Origin: Terriglobia bacterium
GTDB taxonomy: Bacteria > Acidobacteriota > Polarisedimenticolia > Polarisedimenticolales > JAIQFR01
Length of the DNA stretch: 64,000 nt
NCBI GenBank assembly: GCA_963748015.1
Contig: CAVVHE010000004.1
Span: 1,920,001 to 1,984,000, forward strand
Reading direction: 5' to 3'
Made by a program: the position numbers and the translations under genes. Shown here piece by piece: positions 40,768 through 52,770 of this stretch. The notes under the pieces were generated by a model. It was not told the origin of the DNA, did not search any database, and saw only the letters and a list, made by a program, of their open reading frames with translations. The stretch's first letter is position 1, and each line of letters opens with the position of its first letter.

Positions 40768-42882
40768 TCAGCGCTTTCGCCGGCGTGCGATCAAGCCTCC
40801 CGCGAGGGCGACCGGGAGGCAGAACAGCGTCGCGGCGAGCCCGATGATCCGCGCGGGGGTCCGTATCCCGTAGGACAGGACGACGCGGTGCTCGCCGGGC
40901 GGGACGTCCACCGCCATGAAACCGCCCTGGTCCGCGGGAGGATCGGCGCCCTTGCCGTCCACGCTCGCGAGCCAGCCGGGGAAGAACTGCTCCAGGACGA
41001 CGAGACGGCCGCCTCCGGGGGGCGAGACGACCCCCGCTTCGATCCGCCCGGGCCGGCGCTCGATCCGGTCGGGAGAAACCGCCGAAGGAAGCCCGCCGGC
41101 GGCCTGCAGCTCCGCGTAGGGACGGGGTACGAGGCGAAGGGGCTCCGCCCTGCGCTCGTCGAACATCAGCGACACTCCCGCCCTCGAGAGGACCTTGGGG
41201 TCGCTCGTGACCCAGAACGTCCGGTAGAGTGCCGGGGTCACCCACTCCGGGTAGACGTAGTAGAGAGCATCGACCGGGGTGGAGTAGGAGCTCGGTGGGA
41301 GCTTGAGGTCCCAGGTGCGAAACGGTCCCGGCCCCGGAGGCACCGCGACCGGGACCGGAGTCATCGAGCTCTCCCAGTGGGCCGCGCCGCGTTCGCGCGA
41401 GGTCCAGTGAACGACCCCCTCGTAGGGCGGGATCCGGTCGGCCGCCCCGGCGTAGGGCGCGGCGTCCCACACCAGCAGCGCCGCAAGCATGGGAAAGAGC
41501 AACGCCCGTGCCCGCGGTCCGGGAGCGCCGGCGATTCGCCCGGCGCCGAGACCGAGCGCGAGCGCCGCCAGGACGGTGGCCGGGGTCAGGAACCGCCAGG
41601 GGAAGTAGAGCTGCGCGAAACCCGGGACGCCGCCGAGCGCGTGCGCCAGGGGCACCGTGGACAGCGAGAGAGCGAGGAGCGCCCCGAGCGCGAGTCCGGC
41701 CGTGCCGGACCGGCGGGCCCACAAAGGCGCCGCAAGCCCGGCAAGGAGCAGCACCGCGCCGCCGTAGAAAGGCATCGGCTCCTCGCCTGCCCCTGCTCCC
41801 GCGCGGTACGACTCGGGGAGCGAGATCCGGTAGCGGTCCCACAGCCGCCGCGTGAGCGGGGCCCTGAGGTCGACACCGTGCTCCTCGTAGCGGAAGTACC
41901 GGCTGGTCGCGCTTCGCTCGCCGACGCTCGTCGCGCCCCCCTCGGCCGCGGCCGGAACCCACCACCAGGCCGACAGCAGCAAGGCGGCCAGGAGCGCCGC
42001 CGCCGGCCCCCCGAAGCGCTTTCCCCTCGAGGCATCGACCCGCGCCCCCCACGTTTCCTGGACGACGAGCGCCGGCACGAGCGACACTCCCAAGGTGAAC
42101 AGCGACGGGAGGTGGGTCAGGATCAGGCCGACGACCGACAGCGCGAGGATCGCGGCGGTCCGGAAGCGCGGCTCGCGGGCGGTACGCAGCGCGGCCGCGG
42201 CGACGAGGGGCAGGAAGAGGAACGCGTTCGCCTCTCCGAGCGCCCCGCGATAGTCGAACACCGCGAGCCTCCAGGGGGCAAACGCCCCGGCGATCGCGGC
42301 GAGCAGCGCTCCGCGCCGGCCCGCGCCGAGGAGGCGCGCCGCCGCGAGGAACGACAGCGCCGAGAGGACGTGTCCCTGAAAGAGCTCCAGCTTGAGCGCG
42401 CCGACCGGCGCCAGCCCTGCCAGGATTCCGGGCAGCGCGAGGAGAAAATTGAGCGGGCCGTAGAACTGGAGCAGCGGCATCCCCGCCCCGAGATACGGGA
42501 TCCAGAGCGGATACCAGGATCCCGCCCCGATCGAGCGCCCGTAGGCCCAGATCCCCCAGAGGTGATCGAAGTCGTGGATGCGCGGGATGCCCGCGCGCGC
42601 GAGAACGTGCCCCGCCGCCGCGCCGGCGGCCAGCGTCGCCGCGAGCACCGCGGCGCCCCGGGCCCTCTCGGGTACGAGGAGCGCGGCCGCCGCGCCCGCG
42701 GCGGCGACGGCGAGGATCGCGTAGGACGGCGCCTCGTAAACGGCCCCGCTGGTACGGGCGGCGGCGACAGCGGCGCCCGCAAGGAACACCGAGGCGGGCA
42801 CGACGGAGGCCGCGTGCCGGGTCCACCACGCCGCGTTCCCGGAGGCGCCGCGCGGCGGCGGTCCGGCCGTTCGAGATCGCAT
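40768..42882 (-). CDS. Polytopic membrane protein, PTPS-related/YfhO GT-C family
   Basis: HDFDH, YPLW...GMPLLQFYGPL, RGALGE, FPWRFL, C-terminal EQFFPGWLASVDG..VDVPPGEHRVVLSY. Confidence 0.85.
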   Translation of the reverse strand: MRSRTAGPPPRGASGNAAWWTRHAASVVPASVFLAGAAVAAARTSGAVYEAPSYAILAVAAAGAAAALLVPERARGAAVLAATLAAGAAAGHVLARAGIPRIHDFDHLWGIWAYGRSIGAGSWYPLWIPYLGAGMPLLQFYGPLNFLLALPGILAGLAPVGALKLELFQGHVLSALSFLAAARLLGAGRRGALLAAIAGAFAPWRLAVFDYRGALGEANAFLFLPLVAAAALRTAREPRFRTAAILALSVVGLILTHLPSLFTLGVSLVPALVVQETWGARVDASRGKRFGGPAAALLAALLLSAWWWVPAAAEGGATSVGERSATSRYFRYEEHGVDLRAPLTRRLWDRYRISLPESYRAGAGAGEEPMPFYGGAVLLLAGLAAPLWARRSGTAGLALGALLALSLSTVPLAHALGGVPGFAQLYFPWRFLTPATVLAALALGLGAGRIAGAPGPRARALLFPMLAALLVWDAAPYAGAADRIPPYEGVVHWTSRERGAAHWESSMTPVPVAVPPGPGPFRTWDLKLPPSSYSTPVDALYYVYPEWVTPALYRTFWVTSDPKVLSRAGVSLMFDERRAEPLRLVPRPYAELQAAGGLPSAVSPDRIERRPGRIEAGVVSPPGGGRLVVLEQFFPGWLASVDGKGADPPADQGGFMAVDVPPGEHRVVLSYGIRTPARIIGLAATLFCLPVALAGGLIARRRKR

Positions 42883-43010
42883 GCTCCGTCCCCGCGAAAG
42901 AGGGCATTCTACCCTCGCGATTTGTCGAGTGGATCACTCCTCAATCGTCCGCCCCGACCGGGCCAAAACCCGTCCGGCGCGCTACACTGTCCGGCCCCAT
43001 GGAGAGATAG

Positions 43011-44321
43011 ATGATCGGAATCCGCCGCGAGACGAAGAATCGCTGGGAGCGCCGGGTCCCCTTGACACCCGGGCACGTCGCCGTGCTCGCCCAGGGCCAG
43101 CACTTGCGCGTCGTGGTCGAGCCGTCGGAGATTCGCGCCTTTCCGGAGAGCGCCTACCGGGAAGCCGGCGCCGCCATCAGCCCGGACCTCTCCCCCTGCC
43201 GCCTGATCCTCGGCGTCAAGGAGGTGCCGATCGAGCTCCTCTCGCCCGGCAAGGTGTACGTGTTCTTCGCGCACGTCGCGAAGGGGCAAAAGCACAACAT
43301 GCCGATGCTGCGGCGCCTGATGGAGCTCGGCTGCACCCTGCTGGACTACGAGAAGATCGCGGACGACCGCGGGCGGCGGCTGATCTTCTTCGGCCTCCAG
43401 GCCGGACACTCCGGGATGATCGACACCCTCTGGGCCCTCGGCCGCAGGCTGCGCCACGAGGGAATCCGGCCGAACCCCTTCGAGAACGTCCGCCAGGCGC
43501 TCGCCTACGCGACGCTGGCCGAGGCGCAGACCGCGGTCTCGGCCGCCGGCGAGCGTATTCTCGCCGAGGGTCTTCCCGACGTCCTCAATCCGTTCGTCTG
43601 CGCGTTCACCGGCTACGGGAACACCTATCGCGGCGCCGCGGAGGTCTTCGACCTCCTCCCGTTCCGCGAGATCGCGCCGAGGGACCTTCCGGAGCTCGCG
43701 GCGTCGGGACCGCCCGACCGGCACGCGGTCTACAAGACGGTCTTCCACGAGGAGCACACCGTGGAGCCGGTCGCGTCGTGGGACAAGTTCGAGCTTCAGG
43801 ACTATTACGCGCACCCCGAGAAGTACCGGGGGACCTTCGAGACCTATCTCCCGCACATCTCGGTGCTGGTGAACTGCATCTACTGGGAGCCGAAGTACCC
43901 CCGGCTGGTGACGCTCGAATCGCTCCGGAAGCTCTACGGGGGCCATGCGCCACCGCGCCTCAGGGTGATCGGCGACATCAGCTGCGACGTCGGCGGCGCC
44001 GTCGAGTGCACCGTGCGCTGCACCGACCCCGGCGATCCCCTGTTCGTTTACGACCCCCTGACGGGACGGGACGTCCTCGGGATCGAGGGCCGCGGCCCCG
44101 TCGTGCTCGCGGTGGACAATCTCCCTTGCGAGCTCCCCGTGGACGCCTCGCAGCATTTCGGGGACATGCTCCTCCCGTTCGTTCCGGCGCTGGCGCGCTG
44201 CCCGTGGGACGAGCCGCTCGAGGATCTCCCGCTCCCGCCGGAAATCCTCCGGGCCATCATCCTCCACCGGGGCAAGCTGGCCCCCTCTTACGCCTATCTC
44301 GAGCGACACTTGGCCGACTGA
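43011..44321 (+). CDS. Lysine-ketoglutarate reductase (LKR, AASS N-domain-like saccharopine dehydrogenase)
   Basis: IRRETKNRWERRVPLTP, LILGVKE, FFAHVAKGQ, DYEKI.D..GRRLIFFG, LVNCIYW..KYPRLVT, DISCD.GG, AVDNLPCELP.DAS..FG. Confidence 0.9.
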   Translation: MIGIRRETKNRWERRVPLTPGHVAVLAQGQHLRVVVEPSEIRAFPESAYREAGAAISPDLSPCRLILGVKEVPIELLSPGKVYVFFAHVAKGQKHNMPMLRRLMELGCTLLDYEKIADDRGRRLIFFGLQAGHSGMIDTLWALGRRLRHEGIRPNPFENVRQALAYATLAEAQTAVSAAGERILAEGLPDVLNPFVCAFTGYGNTYRGAAEVFDLLPFREIAPRDLPELAASGPPDRHAVYKTVFHEEHTVEPVASWDKFELQDYYAHPEKYRGTFETYLPHISVLVNCIYWEPKYPRLVTLESLRKLYGGHAPPRLRVIGDISCDVGGAVECTVRCTDPGDPLFVYDPLTGRDVLGIEGRGPVVLAVDNLPCELPVDASQHFGDMLLPFVPALARCPWDEPLEDLPLPPEILRAIILHRGKLAPSYAYLERHLAD

Positions 44322-44355
44322 CGTACGACGGCCTCATCCCGTGAGGAGGTTTGCG

Positions 44356-45711
44356 ATGAAGAACGTGCTGATCCTGGGTGCGGGGCTCGTGAGCCGGCCC
44401 ATCGTGCGGTATCTGCTGGAGCGCACCGACCGGACCATCGTCGTGGCGAGCCGGACCGTGAGCAAGGCCCAGGCGCTCATCGGCGGCCACCCTCGCGGGA
44501 AAGCCGTGGCGGTGAACGTGGACGACGCCGCGCAGGTGGAGAAGCTCGTCGAGGCGGCCGAGGTCGTGGTCAGCCTCGTCCCGTACACCCACCACGTCGC
44601 GGTGGCCAAGCTCGCGATCAAGCACCGTGTCCAGGTCGTCACCACGTCCTACGTGTCGCCGGCGATGCAGGAGCTCGACAAGCCCGCGCGGAAGGCGGGC
44701 GTCGCCCTCGTCAACGAGATCGGGCTCGATCCCGGCATCGACCACATGTCGGCGATGCAGGTGATCCACCAGATCCAGAGCTCGGGCGGCACCGTGACCC
44801 ACTTCTCGAGCTGCTGCGGCGGTTTTCCGGCCCCCGACGCGAACAACAATCCCTGGGGCTACAAGTTCTCCTGGAGCCCCCGGGGCGTGATCCTTGCGGG
44901 ACGGAACAACGCGAAGTTCCTGCGGAACGGCAAGGTCGTCGAGATCCCGGGACCGAAGCTCTTCGCCAACCGCTGGCCGTACGGCGTCGAAGGAGTCGGG
45001 CTGTTCGTGACCTACCCGAACCGGGATTCACTCCCATACATCGACACCTACGGGCTCAAAGGGGTCCAGAACATGTTCCGCGGGACCATCCGGTACCCGG
45101 GTTGGTGCGAGACCCTGAAAGCGATCGCCGACCTCGGACTGCTCGATCTCGAGGAGCGCGAGTGGGCCCCCGGCACGACCTACGCGTCGTTCATGGCGGG
45201 GTTCCTCCCCAAGGGGAAGGCCGGCTCGCTCGCCGAGCGGATCGCCGGGAAGCTCGGCATCGCGGCCGACGACCCGATCCTCTCCCGCCTGGAGTGGGCG
45301 GGTCTCCTCTCGGATCGCCCGGTGCCGGAGAAGAAGGCGTCGCCCCTCGACGTCCTCGCCAACCGCCTGCAGAAGATGATGCCGTACGCCCCCGGCGAGC
45401 GGGACATGATCATCCTGCGCCACGAGTTCGTGGCTTCCTGGCCCAACCGCCCGTCCGCGCGAACCGTGTGCGTCCTCGTGGATTACGGCCAGCCGTTCGC
45501 CGACTCGTCCATGGCCCGGACCGTCTCGCTCCCCGCCGCGATCGCCGTGAGGCTCCTGCTCCACAAGAAGCTCGAGCTCACCGGCGTGCACGTCCCGGTG
45601 ACCCCGGAGATCTACGAGCCGGTCATGGCAGAGCTCGGCATGCTCGGCATCCAGTTCAAGGAGACGAGCCACCTGCTGCTGCCCGGCCCGTTCGACGCCC
45701 CGAAGAAGTAG
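44356..45711 (+). CDS. Saccharopine dehydrogenase, glutamate-forming (Lys9/AASS C-domain type)
   Basis: LGAGLVSRP, VTTSYVSPAM, NEIGLDPGIDHMSA, CGGFPAP..NNNPWGYKFSWSPRGV, YPNRDS, RGTIRYPG, SMARTV. Confidence 0.94.
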   Translation: MKNVLILGAGLVSRPIVRYLLERTDRTIVVASRTVSKAQALIGGHPRGKAVAVNVDDAAQVEKLVEAAEVVVSLVPYTHHVAVAKLAIKHRVQVVTTSYVSPAMQELDKPARKAGVALVNEIGLDPGIDHMSAMQVIHQIQSSGGTVTHFSSCCGGFPAPDANNNPWGYKFSWSPRGVILAGRNNAKFLRNGKVVEIPGPKLFANRWPYGVEGVGLFVTYPNRDSLPYIDTYGLKGVQNMFRGTIRYPGWCETLKAIADLGLLDLEEREWAPGTTYASFMAGFLPKGKAGSLAERIAGKLGIAADDPILSRLEWAGLLSDRPVPEKKASPLDVLANRLQKMMPYAPGERDMIILRHEFVASWPNRPSARTVCVLVDYGQPFADSSMARTVSLPAAIAVRLLLHKKLELTGVHVPVTPEIYEPVMAELGMLGIQFKETSHLLLPGPFDAPKK

Positions 45712-45729
45712 CGCGCGCCCCGCGCGGGA

Positions 45730-48009
45730 GTGGACATGACGCCCGACGCCGCCGCCACGACGACCGCCCCGCACGCGACCCTGTCCGGCGCGGAGAGTGA
45801 GGCTCGGACGATCCTCCTCGAGCACGAGGTCTACGCCCTCATGCTCGCCGCCGGCATCTCGGTGCCGGCGCACCGTTTCGTCGCTCGCCCCGACGAGGTG
45901 GACGGCGGCCTCGTCTCCGCAATCGGCTCCGCGGAGGTGGTGGTCAAGGTCGTCTCGCCGCAGATCCTCCACAAGAGCGACGTGGGCGGCCTCGCGGTCG
46001 TGAGGAACGAGGCCGGCTCGGTCCGGGACGCGGTGGCGGCGGTCCTCGCCGCCTCGCGGAAGGCCATGCCGGAAGCCGACCTGCGAGGCGCCCTCGTCGT
46101 CCGGAAGATCCCCTTTCGCCCGGGGCTCGGCCGCGAGATCCTCGCGGGCTTCCGTCACGACCGGGCGTTCGGCCCCGTCGTGTTCCTGGGGGCCGGCGGG
46201 TTGGACACCGAGTATCTCCTCCGCGCGCTCGGTCCCGGCAAGGCCAGCGGGATGCGGTCGGCCCGCGAGCTCGACCTCGATCGCGCGCTCGCCATGGTCC
46301 GCGGCACCGTCGTCCACGCCGCGCTGTGCGGAGGGCTGAGGAGCGCTTCGCGCGCCGCGATCGGCGAGGAGGCGCTCGCGCGGCTCGTGCTGTCGCTCGG
46401 CGCGCTCGCCGACCTCTTCGCGGGGTTCGAGCCCCCCGGCGGCCTAGGACTCGCGGAGCTCGAGGTGAACCCGTTCGTCGTCTCGGACGACGATGGGCGG
46501 ATCACCGCCCTCGACGGGCTCGCGCGCGTGCACCGGCCCGCCCCGCTTCCGCCGGCGCGCCCCGTGGTCAACCTGAGAAGGCTCCTGACGCCGGGAAGCG
46601 CGGTGGTCATCGGAGCCTCGGCCGAGGGCATGAACCCGGGCCGGGTCATTCTCCGCAACCTGGTCGAAGGCGGAGGCGTTCCCCAGGACCGGATCTGGGC
46701 GATCCACCCTCGCGCCGAGACGATCGACGGCTGCCGCGCCTACGCCTCTCCGGCCTCGCTCCCCGCGATTCCAGACATGGCGGTGGTTTCGGTTCCCGCC
46801 GACAAGGGGGCCGACCGGGTCGTCGTGGACCTGGTGGACAACCATCTCGCGCACACGATCACGCTGATCTCGGGGGGGTTCGGCGAGACCGAGGCCGGCA
46901 AGGAAGCCGAGACGAGGATGCGCGAGGCGGTCGAGCGGTCGCATCGGCGGCCCGACGGCGGCGTCCTCGTGAACGGAGGGAACTGCCTCGGCATCATCTC
47001 CGTGCCGGGCGGGTACAACACGTTCTTCATCCCACCCTACAAGCTCCCGATCCACGATGCCCCCGGGACCAACGTCGCGTGCATCAGCCAGTCGGGGGCG
47101 CACCTCGTGACCCAGATGTCGAATCTCGACAGGGTGATCCGCCCGCGCTACCTGATCTCCTTCGGCAACCAGATCGACGTGACGGTATCCGACTACCTCG
47201 AGTACCTCCGGGGGGATCCTGCGATCGAGGTGTTCGCGGTCTACCTCGAGGGGTTCCGGCGCGGGGACGGGCGGCGGTTCCTCGAGATCGCGAGGGGGAT
47301 CGTCGCGGAAGGACGCAAGGTCCTGCTCTACAAGGGAGGACGCACCCTCGAGGGCCAGGCGGCCGCCGCCTCGCACACCGCGTCGGTGGTGGGCGACTAC
47401 GACGTGTGCCGCGAGCTGGTCCGGTCGGCGGGAGTCGTCGAGTGCACGACGCTCGACTCGTTCGACGACTACGCGATGACGTTCTCGTTCCTGGCGGGGC
47501 GGAAGCCGCTCGGGCCGCGCGTCGCGGTGATGTCGAACGCCGGATTCGAGTGCACTTCCTCGGCGGACAGGCTCTACGGCCTGACGCTCGCGCGGTTCGC
47601 GCCGGAGACGGAGCGGCGTCTGCGCGAGCTGCTTCCGGGCATCGTGGACGTGCACAACCCGATCGACGCGACGCCGGTCTGCACCACCGAGCGGTACGTC
47701 GGCTGCGTGGAGGCGATCGCCGGGGATGACGGCGTGGACGCGGTCGTGGTCGCCGGGGTCCCGAACACGCCCGCGCTGGACGACCTCCCGAAGGGAGACG
47801 GGCACGCGGAGGACATCTCGGGGCCGGCGAGCCTGCCCTCGCGCCTCATCGAGGTGTTCCGGAAATCGCAGAAGCCGATGATCTTCTCGGTGGACGCGGG
47901 CGCGCTGTACGAGCCCTGCGTGCGAATGATGAAAGCGGCGGGCCTCCCTTGCTTCCGCAAGGTCGACCGCGCGACGCGCGCGCTCGCGGCTTTCCTCGGA
48001 GTCCGGTAG
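45730..48009 (+). CDS. ADP-forming acyl-CoA synthetase (acetate-CoA ligase family), ATP-grasp domain first
   Basis: KVVSPQILHKSDVGG, DRAFGPVV, ELEVNP; then VIGAS, GGNCLG, SQSG, ASHT (phospho-His), HNPID; start may be 45736. Confidence 0.9.
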   Translation: MDMTPDAAATTTAPHATLSGAESEARTILLEHEVYALMLAAGISVPAHRFVARPDEVDGGLVSAIGSAEVVVKVVSPQILHKSDVGGLAVVRNEAGSVRDAVAAVLAASRKAMPEADLRGALVVRKIPFRPGLGREILAGFRHDRAFGPVVFLGAGGLDTEYLLRALGPGKASGMRSARELDLDRALAMVRGTVVHAALCGGLRSASRAAIGEEALARLVLSLGALADLFAGFEPPGGLGLAELEVNPFVVSDDDGRITALDGLARVHRPAPLPPARPVVNLRRLLTPGSAVVIGASAEGMNPGRVILRNLVEGGGVPQDRIWAIHPRAETIDGCRAYASPASLPAIPDMAVVSVPADKGADRVVVDLVDNHLAHTITLISGGFGETEAGKEAETRMREAVERSHRRPDGGVLVNGGNCLGIISVPGGYNTFFIPPYKLPIHDAPGTNVACISQSGAHLVTQMSNLDRVIRPRYLISFGNQIDVTVSDYLEYLRGDPAIEVFAVYLEGFRRGDGRRFLEIARGIVAEGRKVLLYKGGRTLEGQAAAASHTASVVGDYDVCRELVRSAGVVECTTLDSFDDYAMTFSFLAGRKPLGPRVAVMSNAGFECTSSADRLYGLTLARFAPETERRLRELLPGIVDVHNPIDATPVCTTERYVGCVEAIAGDDGVDAVVVAGVPNTPALDDLPKGDGHAEDISGPASLPSRLIEVFRKSQKPMIFSVDAGALYEPCVRMMKAAGLPCFRKVDRATRALAAFLGVR

Positions 48010-48050
48010 CCGGGTTACCCGCGCCCCCGGCGCCCCTTCTCCCCGACACC

Positions 48051-48083
48051 AAACGGGGCGCCCTCCGTGGATGGCGCCCCGTT
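48051..48083 (-). terminator. Intrinsic terminator-like hairpin between convergent genes
   Basis: aacggggcgcc/ggcgccccgtt 11-bp stem with a short U tract on the minus strand. Confidence 0.6.
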
Positions 48084-48112
48084 CGAGATCTTGTTCGAGA
48101 AGGCGAAGCGGC

Positions 48113-48436
48113 CTAGAACCCGCCGCCGCGGTACCCGCCGCCGCCCCCCCTGCCGCCGCCTCCCCTGCCACCGCCGCCGCCGCCCTCGCGCTCACGGGCC
48201 TCGTTCACCGTCAGCGGGCGCCCGCCGAACTGGAAACCGTTCAGGTCGCGGATGGCGCCGTCGGCGTCCGCCTGGCTGGCCATCTCGACGAAGCCGAAGC
48301 CGCGCGGGCGCCCGGTTTCCCGGTCCGTGACCAGCCGGACCTCGGTCACCGACCGGCCGTTTTGCGCGAACAGCTCGCGGATCTGGTTCTCGTCCGCACT
48401 GAAGGGGAGGTTGCCGACGTAGAGTCTGGTACCCAT
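48113..48436 (-). CDS. RRM RNA-binding protein with Gly-rich tail
   Basis: RNP2 LYVGNL, RNP1 RGFGFVEM, LTVNEAR, GGR tail; AGGAG RBS. Confidence 0.96.
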   Translation of the reverse strand: MGTRLYVGNLPFSADENQIRELFAQNGRSVTEVRLVTDRETGRPRGFGFVEMASQADADGAIRDLNGFQFGGRPLTVNEAREREGGGGGGRGGGGRGGGGGYRGGGF

Positions 48437-48589
48437 GTCTCGAACTCCTGGCGTTCCTGATGACGCCGTTCTCGGGTCCTGACCCCCGCCCCGATCCGAC
48501 GGGTCCGGGTACCGTGCCGTCGCACGTTCCAGGCTGCGGCACGCCAAACTTCGTTTCTGCACGAGAGATTGCGGCCAGAACCTGGCGCA

Positions 48590-48618
48590 AACCTACCCGG
48601 GGTCCGTGACCATGTCAA
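48590..48618 (-). promoter_or_regulatory. Sigma-70 promoter for the RRM gene
   Basis: Minus strand TTGACA-N17-TAGGTT. Confidence 0.65.
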
Positions 48619-48711
48619 GCGTTCCTCCGCGGTCGGTTTCCGCGCGGAAACCTCCCCGCCGGCCGCGGCAGCCGCTTCACCGTGGGCGCTCGCGAGGTAT
48701 GATGCGTCGCC

Positions 48712-48987
48712 ATGGCAGGCTTTCTCGGCGGAAGCGCGTTCGGGATGGCGAGGGACATCGCCGAGGGGTACCACCTCGTCACCGAGCGTACGTTCAAGGC
48801 GATGGCGCACGGGGAGGTGGACCAGCTCGCTTTCGAGCTCGACCGCTGCCTGCGCGACGCGCGCGGAGAGCAGGCCCCTCTGAACGACCTCGTGCTGGTC
48901 AAGGCGCGCAACCGGAAGATCCAGCGCCTCAACCAGGCCCTCATGATCCTCAGGAACTACCAGCAGAAGGCGCGTCGGGGTTCGTGA
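48712..48987 (+). CDS. Small helical hypothetical protein
   Basis: Protein-like composition and codon usage; fills the gap between flanking genes. Confidence 0.75.
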   Translation: MAGFLGGSAFGMARDIAEGYHLVTERTFKAMAHGEVDQLAFELDRCLRDARGEQAPLNDLVLVKARNRKIQRLNQALMILRNYQQKARRGS

Positions 48988-49007
48988 GGCGCGGGCGGCC
49001 GGTGGCG

Positions 49008-49442
49008 TCAGCCGCCGACCTCGAAGTGCCAGTGGACCTCGAGCGAGGACTGCGGGTATCCCTTGGGGAACGGCTTGAACGGCGCCGCCTTCTTCACCGC
49101 GTCGAGCGCCGCGCCGTCGAACGCCTCGCTTCCGGTCTTGAGGTTGAATTCGAGGCCGACGAGCTTCCCGTCCTTCCCGATCGTGGCGACCACGACGGCC
49201 TTCTTCTTCGCCGCGGGCGGCGGCCCCTGGGGCTTCCACGACGCGAGGACCTTCTCGAACGCGGCCTTCTGGTAGGCCGCATCGGTGAAGTCGGCGGGAA
49301 AGTACACGTTGAGACGGAGCGCGGGCGCCTTCGACGCCGGCGGAGCGGCCTGCTTGCCCTGTTCCGCCGCATCCGCGAACGGGGTGGCGGCTAACAGCGC
49401 GATCGCCGCGAGGACCGCGTACGCTCTCGGAAGACGCGTCAT
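49008..49442 (-). CDS. TonB/TolA C-terminal domain protein with signal peptide
   Basis: IGKDGKL...GSEAFDGAALDAVKKAAPFKPFP; GGAGGAGG RBS. Confidence 0.88.
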   Translation of the reverse strand: MTRLPRAYAVLAAIALLAATPFADAAEQGKQAAPPASKAPALRLNVYFPADFTDAAYQKAAFEKVLASWKPQGPPPAAKKKAVVVATIGKDGKLVGLEFNLKTGSEAFDGAALDAVKKAAPFKPFPKGYPQSSLEVHWHFEVGG

Positions 49443-49501
49443 GGTAACCTCCTCCGCCGGGCCGACGGCCGGACATGGCATTGTAGCCCGTCGTCCGGGG
49501 A

Positions 49502-49674
49502 GCCGCGCCGGGAGCCCGCGTTCGGATCCGACCCGCGCGGCACGCTGCGGCGTTGCGCGGCGAAAGTCGCCGCGCCGCCTGGCTCCGGTTTTCGCGCGGC
49601 CTTCTATGGAAGAACCGGCCGCGCGAAAACAGGGCCGCTTCGGGTCGGATCCGAACGCGGGCTCCCGGCGCGGC
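49502..49674. mobile_element. MITE-like fold-back element with 34-bp perfect inverted repeats
   Basis: 49502-49535 is the exact reverse complement of 49641-49674; two internal hairpins. Confidence 0.55.
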
Positions 49675-49702
49675 GGACGTTGTGTACGAAGGGCAGCAAC
49701 CG

Positions 49703-52612
<2,910 letters not shown>

Positions 52613-52770
52613 GCCGAGACGGCCGCCCGCCGGCGGGCCCATGTGCGTAAAATCACCGTAAATTCACCTTTTGGAGGCTCGGCTGGTTGTATGATTTTGG
52701 GGAGGTTGCCGCGCGCCCGCCGGACGCGGGGGCCGCGGCGGGATAGCCCCGCGCGGAAAGAGGTCGAATC

